From: Lama guanicoe
Lineage: Eukaryota
DNA length: 64,000 bases
Direction of reading: 5' to 3'
Assembly (NCBI GenBank): GCA_013239625.1
Contig: MU055549.1
Span: forward strand, 1,575,746 to 1,639,745
The notes below the pieces were generated by a model, which did no database searches, was not told where the DNA came from, and saw nothing but the letters and a program-made list of their open reading frames with translations. Of the stretch, positions 37,937 through 50,144 are shown piece by piece; position 1 is the first letter of the stretch; every line of letters starts with the position of its first letter. Both the position numbers and the translations under genes were made by a program.

Positions 37937-38428
37937 AGTGAGGCGGTCTGCCAGGACACGATCCAGGGCAGAAGCACAAGGAGACGTCTGAGGAGCAGGT
38001 TCCCGTGGAGTCTAGTGTCTCAGCCCAGCAGCTCCTTTGCCCCGTCATGACCCCCCAGCACACACAGCCCATCCCCCAGTGCAGGTCCTTCCTGGGTACT
38101 CGGCCCCACACGCTCCTCAAGCCTCCTTGGTGCCTTCAGTGCCACCCCCTTGCCATGTGTGCCTACCGGGGGTCGATCCGACTAGCTTTGCTGTAAGACG
38201 ATAGCTTCTCTAGTTTTTAAAGTCCTATTTTCAGGGAAAATCAGACATTTGTTACCAGTTTTCTAATAGCATGGAGTAAAGCATTTCGGCTGTCACTGGG
38301 CTGTCTCTCAAGGACCCCTGGGACACGCTGCTGACGCAGGAGGACTACGATGTCCCTGTCCAGAGTGCTGAGCCGAACAGTCCTGGACTCCGTCCTGGAG
38401 AGACCAGCTACCAGGGCGAGGACCAGGG

Positions 38429-38833
38429 TGTCAGTCAGGGTTCTCTAGGGAAACAGAACCAAGAGGATGTGCACACAGAACTGACCTGGGCCAGGCCACT
38501 TCAGAGGCCGGCAAGTTCCGACATCTGCAGGGCAAGTCAAGGAGCTCGAGACCCGGGGGAGCCGGTGCTTCAGTTCAAGTCTGAAGGCAGGAAAATAAAC
38601 TTGAAAGGCATCGAGCAGGGATTCTCACTCCCTTGAAGGAGGGTCAGCTTTTTTGTTTTATTCAGGCCATTGACGGACTGGAGGATGCCCACCCCGGTGG
38701 GGAGAACCACCTGCTTCACTCGGTCTGCTGAGTCAAAGGTTGGTCTCACCTGGAAACACCTAGAATAATGTCTGACCAGATACCCGGGCACCTGGTGGCC
38801 CAGCCAAGTCGACACATGAGATTGAGCCTCACA
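38429..38833 (-). mobile_element. ERVL solo LTR (MLT2-like)
   Basis: TCAGGGTTCTCTAGGGAAACAGAACC...TTATTCAGGCC...TAGAATAATGTCTGACCAGATA...GGCCCAGCCAAGTCGACACAT. Confidence 0.85.
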
Positions 38834-41800
38834 CGCTTGGTGAGCACCAGGGCTTGCTTCTGCGATGCTTTAACCGGTTCTGTCACCCGGGCTACTTGAA
38901 CCCTTTGCTGTCTTACGTGGTCGGTGCCTCTGGTTTCACACCCATCTTGTCCTCGCCTTGGGGCGAATGGCAGATGGCTCGCTGCCCCCACCTCCCTCAG
39001 CGCCTGTGGATTTCCCGCCTCCACACCGCCTTGTGCGAACTCTCCGCTCCGCCCTCGGCAGCTGAGCTGGTGGACTTGCTCTGCCTTTGCCGGGTCCTCC
39101 CCCTGATGACTGGACCCTCCAGGGCGGAGTCCAGGACTGTTCAGCTCAGCACTCTGGACAGGGGCTGAAGGGGAGACAAAGCCTCGCCCACAGCCTCTGG
39201 CACCTGCCCTCCCCCCGCCCCAACACACACCCAGCGCACTGGGCTGTCAGTCACTGGGCACTTCCGCCTGCTTCCGGGAGCAGGCGTCCTCCGTAGCCGA
39301 ACGGCCCCCGTGCTGGGAGGACTACCTCTTGCCCAGGACACCCACTCAGGACCTCAGAATGGAGAAACCCACCCGACAAAGTCCCACCCGACTTGGCCTG
39401 ACGCGTCCTCAAGTGCGCGGCAGCGACCAATGGTGATCAGAATGGATCCACAGACACTTTGATGACAGGCTTTGTTTCGCTGGCTGACCTGACCTCTAAG
39501 TCGCTGGCCCCGGGCAGGCCGTGGGGCAGCCGGCCTCCCTGGGAGGCGAGTCATCTTGCCCAGGGGCCCCGCGGCACGGGCCCCCCAGTGCCGTGGCCGC
39601 CAGCCCCCGGGGCGCTGCGCCCAGCAGGCGGCCCAGGCCCGCTGCCTGGGTCTGCAGTCGGCGTCATCCGCTTCCACCCGCCTCGCTGTTTGTCGCCCGA
39701 CGTGCTTATGAGCGAGACGGATTCAATCAGACTTACTGTCTGTTACTTGCCGGTGCGTTGCTTTGTTGAGGAGAGAGTCCAGTGGGCCTGGGGTCCTCAG
39801 CCTCCTGAAATGAACGGGCAGTTTTCAGTGAGGGCTGTTGTTGGTGAGGCTGTAAAACTCATTTCCTAGTGGGTGTCCTGAGACGTGGGGAGCCTCCACA
39901 CACCTTCCGGTTGCTTTAAAAGGGGCACATGCCATCGGTGCCAGCACCTCAGACCTGGGACGCAGTGTTCACGGCCCTGCTCGGTGCGCAAGCGCCCTGC
40001 AGCACGTGAGTGGACACATCGCTGTTCGGTGTTAATGCCTCGTCTCACCTCACGGGAGCAGCTCGATGAAACAGACGTGTTGCAGGCACAGGGCTGAGCT
40101 GAGGGACGAGGGGGAAGACGTGGCGGTGGGCCGAGGTTTTAAAAATATGGCTTGGAGAACAAATCGATGCATCTTGTCGCCTGTTCCACGTACTTTATTA
40201 GGATGCAAGAAGGTCAGCAAGGTGGGTAATTATTATTTATAAAGGGCTCTTTCACATTAGGCTGAATCAGCAAACACGGTTGAAGGGATGGCCCACGAGC
40301 CCCCCCGTGCGTAGCTGAACATCCCACTTGAGTGAATAAAACCCCAGTAGAAAGGCGTTGTGTTGACAGAGCTTTCAAGCACATTTTTTAGAATCTAGGA
40401 AGCTCTGCCTAATGCCAGGGATTTGGAGACGTGAGCTGCAAGACGGTCCCCAAGCTCCTCTGGTTTGTGCACTTAGCCGACGCTTCCGCTGGCTCATAGC
40501 TCCAAGAGGGGTCGGTGCCCGCGTCTGTGGGCGAGGGCGCTTGGGCACCGGGGCAAGTGCAGAGTTCTCGTAGCTGAGCATTCTGATAGCTTAGCATAGG
40601 AGCAATTTATTTTCCATCCGCTGGCACCACGTTTGGGGATGGTAGGGAGTTCAACACAGACTGCAGACACAGCAACGCCCTACGTTTGTTCCGAGGGTTG
40701 GAGGGTATGGGGAGCTGGCGCGTGGATCTCGACTCTGTCCCCACACCATGGAGCCAGCCACAGGCATCGCCCTTCCAGGGAGACGGAGGTTTAGTCCCTG
40801 CTCCACGCCGGAGCCCAGGTGGGAGGCCACACTCCTGGGAACTCAGTGGCACCCTCTGTGGCTAGTCACCACGGGGGCACGGATTCAGGGGTCGAGGCCA
40901 GAGGAGCCAGGAGCAAGCCGTGGGCAGAGGTCCAGTGGGCAGAAAGGAGCCAGGACAAAAAGGGACCAAGATGAAGCCACGAGTCCAGGCAGGTCCAAGA
41001 GGGCCCCCCAGGGTTCTGGAAGCTGGAGACGGGATGAGGGAGCGAGCACTCCAGCCGGGAGGGACCGAGCTCGCCGTTCTGTGTGTGAGAGGTGGGGGCA
41101 CTGCCACCTGAGCTGCTTCCCAGGACGCGGGCCGCCCGGGGCCAGCCGCCCGGACCCACGTGGGGAGTTTCTTTGTGCCAGAGCCTGCTCGGGGCCCGCG
41201 CCCTCTCCGCTCTCCTCATGGTAGTAGTGACTCAGCCACGTCAGAAACGCAGCCCAGAGAGGCCAGCGGCCAGAGAGGTGGCCACTGCTGCAATGAGTGA
41301 TGGGCCGGCATCGCTACCCAGACGTCAGCGGTGCTGATGTGAGGGGGGTGCCGCAGAGAACCCTCCGTGAGGAAGGTGGACGACGCATGCGGTGGGTGAC
41401 CCAGCCGTGGAGAGCCCAGGACACCCGTTCTCGGTGACACCTGCCCTCCAGTGACACTGGAGCAAATCCAGGCTGAGCAAGGGTCCAAGTCATGTGACCA
41501 TGTTTGAGGTTCCTCTGAGGAGTAAGTAGCCACTGTCAAAACAAATGTTCTATTTTCCAGAGACTTCCGAGTGCGTGCCAGAAATCAGTCTCGCGGGAAT
41601 TAACGTCATCCAGCCCGCGGCTGTTCCCCAGAGCAGCCCACGTGGTGTAGGGCGTGCACCCGAGCGCCTCGGGCTGGGAGTCAGCTTTGGCTTGAGGAGG
41701 ACGCAGTGGCAGGTTGCTCAGATGCACGCTGAGAGCGGATGCCTCTGCCGTCTCCCCACCGAGGGCGGAGCCATCAGGCTGACGGCACCACATGTACTTG

Positions 41801-43569
41801 CACTCACTGATCCCTCTGAGCTGCGGGCCTGCACCCTCCGACCCTCAGAAGCCGGGAGTGGGGGCCACGCGTGCAGGTCGCACGGCTGTCTGTAAGTGTA
41901 GCGGGGCGGTCCACATTCGGGTGCAGCCAGAGGTGTGGTGCAGACGGGAATGAGGTGCCTGCGGGCTGACCCCTGCCTGGCTGCCTTTTGTTGGGGATCT
42001 TTCCAAATGCCCTGAGTGTAGGATGTGGTTTTAGTCTAATTAAAACCTGGATCACTCAAATTATATAATTGATTACATCCAGCTTCAATTACAATTTCTA
42101 ACAGACCCTGGTCTGCTAGCTCTGCACCTGGAGGCTGGTGACGCCAGGAGTCGCGAGCAGGTGGCCCGGCCCGGCTGCCTCGTTGCCTGTACTCAACATC
42201 CAATGAGGAGAATGGGGTTTGGCAGGTCGTGGTGAGTCCGCGTGCCACACGCTGATGCCCACGGCACACGGCATGTGGTGGGGGCTGAGTGCTGGTAAAT
42301 CAAAGACACAGCTGGAAAAACAGCACACCAGACGGGCAGAAAGGTCGTCTGCCTCCCAGCCCCCAGGAGTCTGAGAGGAGCCGAAGGACCCAGTGGTCAT
42401 GGAGAACTGGACTCAAACCCAGGTCAGCCGGCACGTGCTGGATGTCTACACCCGCTAGAACTCCCTTCTCCAAGACGAGCCTTACGTCTTTGGCCAGATC
42501 TCAGGAGGTCGGGAATAAGGACAGGGCGGCACTGCAGGGCTGAGGGGCTTGCCGAAGCGCAGGAAGCTGCAGCTGGGTGTGGCCTCGCAGCTTCTGTAGG
42601 AACCTCCAGCCCCCGACAGACTTATCAGACACCAAACGAGTTCGAGGAACCACCCAACTAATGAGAAGCCTGGTGAGTGAACCGCGTGGGAGACGGCGCA
42701 ACACGGACATGCCAGAACGTGGTCCAGCCTTCTCTCTGACGGGCGCAGCTGGCTGCTTGCACTAGACTGCTGTGAAGCCCTGGCTTATACAAACCAGCCC
42801 GCGTCCGAGCAGGGTGTACGGCCCACGTCCCAGGTGAGCACCCCGTGGCCTCCCCGGGACATCGCCGAGCCAGGTCAGAGCACAGACCGCTCGTGTGTGT
42901 TGAGAAAGGGCCCCTTTCCTCAACCACACAAAGATGTTGTGTCCATTAGGGATGGTCCTAGATTCTGGCTGCTTGTAATGTCAACACTCAGAGAGCTGGA
43001 CTGCACTGATTTTGATGGGCACGGATGTCAGCATCCTTTGGGGTGAGGGTGGATGAAGAGAGACGGCCCAGGGGAGGCTGAGAAGGACGAGGACCCTCGG
43101 GACACTGCAGGGAAGGTGCTCAGGGAGAGTGCCCTGGCTCAGGAGTCCCTTAGACTGGTCCCCATCTCACTTTCCTCACACTGGGAGGGAGAGGCAGCTG
43201 CTGGAGTAGTGAGAGGAGCTTGGGACGAAATAGTTGAAAAGGGAGTTGGGGGCCCCCGAAACAGGCTTTCACAGCTCTGACCCCAGGGAGCTCTTTTCAT
43301 CTAAAAAAGGGCAGATGGCTGAGTGGGAGGCGGGGCAGGACGGGGCTGGCAGCCACTGACGACAGTGGACAGAAGCTGGTATAAAAATCAGTAGCCAGAG
43401 AGGGACATCTCACACCCTCCACATTGTTCTAAGGGCACGTGTCAGAGACTCGGAAGTGGAGGGGCGGTGACTGGAGAGATGCCTGGGGCGGGCTGCCTCG
43501 TGTGGTGCCAGAGGACGGAGGAGGAGGAGGGAGGAGGGAGGACGGAGGAGAGAGGAGGGACCACGTCTA

Positions 43570-44000
43570 TACCAATCATGTTAAGTCATTATGTAACGAC
43601 AGGCATTTAATGACTTGTGGTCCAAACAAAGGATATTTCTCAGCCAGCTCAGCTATTTTGCCAACCAAACTGACAATAATATATGCCTTTTGCTTTGATG
43701 TAAATATTCAAGCATCTTCTGGACAATCGCTGTGCAATAGTAACTCTGAAGAGAAGTTCCAGAGTCTATTTAAGACAGAGAAATAAAAACAGTATTGTAA
43801 CACGATGTGTGACAACACCAATAAATCCAGTAACACACGGGCTTGTAAAGGAAGGATTCCTTGAGTCTTGTTTTCAAAACAAGGTTGAATACACTCAGAG
43901 CAAAGAGAGCCATGTGCTTTTTTATCACTTGAAAGAAAAAGACAAGGATGAGACAGGGTTTATTTTTATTTATGGGTCAAAAATCATATTTGACACCAAG
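43570..44000. promoter_or_regulatory. candidate enhancer core (AT-rich, motif-dense)
   Basis: TTATGTAA 43589, AACAAAG 43625, TGACA 43671, CTTTGATGT 43693 overlapping TGTAAATA 43699, CCAATAAA 43818. Not a recognisable repeat. Confidence 0.4.
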
Positions 44001-44099
44001 TACTCTGTTTTGCTGGGGTGCGTATCCTTGAGGACACACGGTGTGTCCATGTGTGTACGTGTGTCTGTCTCTGCACGGACATGGGGCTCTTCAAACTGC

Positions 44100-44600
44100 C
44101 CGCAGAGTGAAGGAGAGAGACCCACACGCCGGCTGGAGGAGGCTGCCTGGGCCCGCGGGCGCCCCGCAGCCACCGCTGGGGAGAGGCTGGGCTGCCGGCC
44201 TGCGCCCCGGGACTCCGGCTCCCCCGCGCGGAGAAGTCGCCCTCCCTGCCCTACCCAGGGCGCCCAGCCCAGAAACCGGCGGCCGAGACGTCTCTCCCCC
44301 GAGGCGGATTTCACGTTGCTTCTAGCAGAGTTGGAATGTCTTCCTCGTCGTCGTACAGTTGGAGGGGGAGACGGAGGCCTCAGTTAGGTTCCCCAGTTGA
44401 AAGCCCGTCAGCTGAGACCTCAGCTCACCGGCTCCGTGTGGTCCGAGAGGAGGGACCGGCAGCTTCCCGCTGAGCAAGCCTGCGCGGACGCAGAACTGCG
44501 CAGGGTGTAAAAATGCGCCGGCTGGAGGGAGGCTGATAACGGCTGGGTATGAATAACATTAGCCAGTGATTCCGACGGGGACGTTTATCCCTCCGCCCAC
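44100..44600. promoter_or_regulatory. CpG-rich patch (orphan CpG-island-like)
   Basis: Dense CpG (GGCCCGCGGGCGCCCCGC, CCCGCGCGG, CCGGCGGCCG) between two AT-rich islands. Confidence 0.4.
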
Positions 44601-45943
44601 TTTGCTTTGGAGATTATTACACAGATAAAATGCATTTTTCAAGCCCTTTTAATACTTACGCATTCTTCTAAGCTTTCAATATACAGGCCTTTCTTTTTCC
44701 TTTGTGTTTGTTTGGACCTGAATCTTCCCCCCTCAGTTCCCAGGACGTCTTTTACGAAAATTGGCTCTTTTGCAGCAGGACACCATTTGAGCCTTAGACA
44801 CACATTATCTGTAGCCAAAAGCTTAGGATTCGAGGAAAACCCAGATGAAGTTCCCGTGCCGGAGCTTCGGGAGGCTGGATGCCGCCGAGTCTGCAGAGCC
44901 GTGGAGGGCGGGCTCCTGCTGCGCGTCTGGGGAGCGGAGGACGCAGGCGATTTCTGGTAGGAGGCGGCTGCACTTGCTTTTGGTGGTTAAAGTTTAAGGC
45001 CAGAGAGTGTTCATCATGGAAGGTTTGTATAAAGTATCTAAATGAAGCCCGGGGTGGTGGGAATTCCTGTGGATTTAAATGCCACCCCCCCACACCGGCC
45101 GAGCCGTTTCTGCTGAGGGCCGCGTGCAGGGCCGCTGCAGCGGAGGTTGGAAGACAGACCCGGAGATGGGTAGCCGACAGCTTCAAAAGTGAGTCACTGG
45201 GTGTGGAGGTTACGGCGTGGGCTTTGGGGTCAGACAGGCCTGGGGCTGAGTTCTAAGCTCTGCCGTGTTCCGGATGTGTGCCTCGGAGCCTCGGCGTCCC
45301 CGTTCTGGGGTTACTGTCAGGCCCTGGGGGATGGGGAGAGCCGTTAGCACCTGGCAAATTCACGCCCCCGTTTTACAGGAGCTCAGAGCATCCTGTTCTC
45401 CTTCCGGGCATCCTGGTTCTGCGCTTTGTGAGGCATCTCACCCCGAGCCAGAGTGAGTGAGTGTCCCAGGAAACCCTCAGTCCCGGGCAAACGGGATGCT
45501 TCCTTACCCTGTCCCCCCGACCCGCGCCCACCCCAGCCCCACACACGCTTTCCTCTCTCCTGGAATGTAAGGATGGCCTTCCGTTTTAATAGTGTTAAGA
45601 ACGTAATTGGCAACAGAGGCTCTGGAAACACTGGTCTGCTGCGTTGATTAACTTAAGACCAGGAATTATGGGCCGGTCCTCAGGGCATGTTTATGACTGC
45701 TCAGTCTTCTGGAGCCTAAGCAAACGGAGGACTAACTTATGGACAGCAAGGATCTGGACAGATGCCTTCATCCTGTCTTAGATGGACTGCTCTTTTCATG
45801 TGTAGTTAATAAAATCCTTAAAAATGATTGTCTAAAGATTCCCATTTAGATTTTTTCTCTTGTCAAAGAAGTTGCAAAAGGAATGCAAGCATTCTGCCGC
45901 CATGTATGCACTGTTTTGTTACTTTTTCAACAGTTAACAGTAG

Positions 45944-46406
45944 TGATAAGTAGGCGGCTGTCCCCCCCAACACATCCCCGGAGACGTCCACTTCCAAACC
46001 CCCAGAAACTGTAACTATGTCAGCCCACGCGGCAACGGGGACTTAAGGCTGCTAATCTGCAGACCTTAGAACAGGGAGATTGTCCTAGTCGTCCAGGTGG
46101 GCCCGTGTCATCATGGGGTCCTTAGAAGTGGAGATGGAGGCAGAGAAGGAACATGGCAGCCTACGTGGGTCAGAGAGGTGTGACGTCTCTGGCTTTGAAG
46201 ACGGAGGAAGGGGCCAAAAACCAAGGAATGCAGGCACTTCTCGAAGGTGGAAAAGGCCCGGGAGCAGATTCTCCCCAGAGTCTCGATTTTGACGCCTTGA
46301 GAGCCATGTTGCACATCTGACCTGCACACTGCGAGGCAGTGCATCGCGTTGTTTAAGCCTCCGCGTTTGTGGTGATTTGTTGCAGCGTTAATGAGCTAAT
46401 GCGACA
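45944..46406 (+). mobile_element. MaLR solo LTR (MLT1D-like)
   Basis: GGGAGATTGTCCTAG..CCAGGTGGGCCC..TGGCTTTGAAGACGGAGGAAGGGGCC..CCAAGGAATGCAGGC..GTTGTTTAAGCC..TTTGTGGTGATTTGTT. Confidence 0.85.
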
Positions 46407-49400
46407 GTACAAGGGACTTAACTCGGATGTTTCTAACCAACAGCCATTGGTTCTGGAGAGAGAAGCCGGAGTCGGCACTGGTGTTAACGCTGCCACTTCC
46501 AGACAGCCCAGGAGCAAAGGGACCGGCGCTCCCTTGGGTTACTGGGAGACAGCTCTTGAGGGTGGGCACTGGTCGGGTGGCTTCTCCAAGGTCATGGTGA
46601 TGTGGTGGCCCAGCTGGGCATGTGCAGCACTGTCTAGGTGGTCACTGAGCCAGCGTCTCCTGGAGGGTCCCTGGTGACACTGCCCATCACATGTGGCACC
46701 CAGACTGCGGGGAGAAAGGCCTTGCATGGCTGGTTTCCAGGCCTGGGAGGGGTAGCTGAGGGTGTGGAGTGGGCACTGGGGGGTCTGGCGTCTAGTGTCC
46801 AGGGTCCACTCAGCGTAGGGGTGGGACTGACAGCCATGGGTGGGCTGAGGCCTTCAGACAGGTCAGAGGTGAGGCAGGTTGCTGAGAGGCAGGGCGTGTG
46901 GAGGGGGTGGGGTGGGAAGAACTGGACGGGGCCTAGGGTGGATCCTGTGACCCCCCCCCTTCCGCCTGACACCCTGCTGGGACAGTTACAACCACCCTCT
47001 GCTCCCCAGGGTGCAACAGGGATGGGGGACGCTGAACCGAGTCAGGAGATGACATGTGTCACTTCTAAGTCTGGAAGTTTCCATGCCGTCCACGGTGCAG
47101 AGGGCACACACGAGCACAGAGGCACATGGGTAGGCCAGGGCAGAGCCCAGATTCAAGTTCAGATGTCTGGATCCCAGCCTGCTCCTCCCTGGGAGCCCAG
47201 AGCAGTGAAGAGAGGGCGGCCCACACAGGGCCCAGGTCTGCAGGGCGGGGCCCACTCCCCCGCGGCCCCGCATGGCTGAGGAGTCGGATCCTCCTGCTCC
47301 TCCCCCTTGACTGCCAGCCACGCCCCCCACGGTCCCGGCTGCAGGGCACCTGCCTTCCCAGACATCCTGTCTCTGTCCAGCCTCTGGGTTCGCCCCGCCT
47401 GCCTGGCTTTCCCTCTGAAGATCACTCGTGGGAGGAGAGGGCCTGCAGGGGGGACTTGTCCACGCCACAAGACCCCGGGAAGACATCTTCCTTCTCTTCT
47501 CCTTTGCTTCCCATTCCTTCCAGGGAATGCAGGGACACAGAGCAGATGAGGGACGGGAGAGCGGGGAGCTGCAGACATCAGTTCTGCACACTGGAAAACG
47601 TTCGAGACATTCACAGGACATTTTCAGTTCATCTGAGATGCCCGTGGGTATCATGTGCCCAACTTGAGAGTCAAAACCATAAACCATCAAGGTCCATCTC
47701 CTCCCAGCAGTCACTCTGAACTCAGCAAACAGAATTAATTTGCTTTCCATGGAAAATTACAAACATTCCTGTCTGAGTTTCCGGTGTGCGAAGGAGGACC
47801 AGCACATGCTTGGCCGTATTTCTACTCAGAGGGAGCGTCAGTCTCCCAGCCAGGCCTGCAGCCCTGGGGAGGGGGCATCAGCCAGAAATGGAAACAGAAC
47901 AGGGGGTGGTTTACTGGGTAGAACCCTGAAAAGTGCACCTGAACGTCTTCCACTAAAGTTCGCGTCAGAATGCACAGTCTACAGTGATCTTTGTGGTAAA
48001 ATTGCAGAATACAATTTGGGAACTCTGGTAGAGGAATGCGCCCGGGTGAGCGATGAGAAAACGAAAGACACAGTTGGGGTGAGGCGTGTGCCGGGTCCTG
48101 CTGCCCACCCGCTGTGGGCTGCAGGTCTCAGGACCCCTGGTCCTGCCATGGAGACCAAGGTCACTAAGGGTCGACCCTGAGGAAGTGCCTCTGGACTGAG
48201 GATGGAGAGAGCTGCGTCCGCTGGGCCCCTGAGCGGGCTGGATCCCGGGCTCAGCGGCGTCTCCTGTGTGGGGAGGAGCCGCTTGCCCGGGAGAGGTGGT
48301 GAGGCTGTGCTGAGGGATGCTGTCTCCAGGTTCACAAACCGCCCTTCAGAATCACTGTGAAAACACTGACGGCACCGAAGAGGCTGAAACACGGTAAGGA
48401 GGGGGGCCATCTCTGCCCCCGGGGAACAAGGGCCCATGGGCACAGCTCCAGCGGTGCCGGACCCTGCAGTCAGAAGCTGTGCTCTGGCACCGAGACCCTT
48501 CTCTCCTGGAGCCTGGAAATCGCCCAGATAACCACCCTGCTGATCTTAGTGGTCACTTTACTTGGACTCTTGAAGATTCAGTAATTAGACGGGGTCTTTT
48601 GCAATGCGCTCCCACAGCCTGGGGGCCGTGTGCGCGTGGCGGCGTTGCTCTGTCTGATCCCGTGAGTCGGGACGTGAATTAGATGCAAGCACGGGTGTTC
48701 TGTTTGGGGAGAGCCGCCAGGGAAGGTGAGGAGCAAGGCCAGCAGAACCACTTTCACTTCCTTTTAAACAACTTTTACCATTTCTAATGAATCGTGTTTC
48801 TTGGTGTCAGCTTCACGTGTTCGTAAAAATGAAGCTGGCATTTCAATAACTCTTCGTCTGAAAAAAAGAACAACAAAGTGGTGGAAACACGTCAGCGTGA
48901 GTCTAGTTTAGAAGCTGATCTGCTTTTCCCAGGAGCCCCAGACACAAAGCCAGCGTGTCTACAAGCAGCCCGTGTCCCTGCAGGGAGAGCCTCGGCCCGA
49001 TGGTCTTCCCTGATGAGCGAGCCCAGGGCTGAGTCCGCTTCCTAGAAGATGGGCCGGTCCTCCCCACTGCTGACGCTGGCCTAGGGGACGGGTCACACGC
49101 AGGACTCCTGACCTCGGGACCAGTGTCCCGCCTCCCACTGCCTCGGGGATCTCCTCCCATGTGTCTGCTTTTCCTCTGTGTCCGACTATGGTTCTTGTAA
49201 GCCTTGCACAGACGCTTGATGACAAGGGCTCGCCTGAGTTACCCGCGTTCAGATCACAAGTTTTCCGGCTGAAGATCATGGTATGGGCAGACCTGGTCCA
49301 GATAAGCACAAGTGCACACACGTGCACACTCACATCACCCACACGCGCACCCAGCACTGCCCATGTGCACACCCCCTCAGGGTTTTACACTTATCTGCAT

Positions 49401-50123
49401 CATCTTTAGACATGAGATCAGCCTTCAGCGTCAGTTTTCTCCAAACATAAGGTATTTATCGCTGCAGCAGCCTCCACAGACGGAGCTCAGCTGTGATTTG
49501 TGTAATGACATAACCTACGTTTTCATTCACGTGCTGCTGGAAGTCAGAGCACTTGGGTGGCTCTGGCAGAGACGCCTCTGTCTGCCTGGCTGTGATCGTG
49601 GCCGCTCCCCCAGGAGGGAAGAACTGGGCGCCCCTCTGGTGACCCTGTCGGCGCTGGCCCTTCTTCATGAATCCCAGGTCGAGGATGTTCCAAAGCACAG
49701 GTCAGGCCCATCTGAGACCCGTGTAATGACAAACTCCAAACACCCTCATCCTCGGGGAAAGTGAGTCTTTGAATCACACTGTCCACAATAAGTACCCGGT
49801 TTGGGGGAACGCGCACACAGACCGCTGTGCACCCGTCCTGGCCACGGGTAACGTGGCAGCCTCCTAAGAACAGATCCTGTAAAGCAACTACGATGAGTTT
49901 CTGTTCACCACCTGGAAGAGGCAAGTAGAACCATGAGCAGAACACCCTGTGCCTTGTCAATCAGACTTTGCGAAGCTCCCCGGTCCACGGGGCGTCCCTC
50001 GGCTAAGCGCTCACTGAGACCCCTCCGTGCGGCGTGGGAAGGGCCCTTCTCCATCCGTCCTCCCGGTCTCCGTGCGCCGGGCTGAGGGCTGCGCCGTGAC
50101 TGGGGATCGGCTCCTCCTGCCCG

Positions 50124-50144
50124 GCCATCACCACGGACAGCTCC
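50124..50144 (+). promoter_or_regulatory. candidate RE1/NRSE (REST site)
   Basis: CCATCACCACGGACAGCTCC vs consensus TCAGCACCACGGACAGCGCC, 17/20 identical. Confidence 0.45.

Noticed and set aside
40170-40210. Minus-strand poly(A) site (AATAAA, seen as TTTATT near 40194) marking a gene end
   Set aside because: No terminal coding exon found upstream on the - strand; a hexamer alone is uninformative.
6513-43829. Identical 12-mer TGGATTTATTGG at 6513 (+) and 43818 (-)
   Set aside because: Many shared 12-mers are expected by chance in 64 kb; kept only as individual motif matches.
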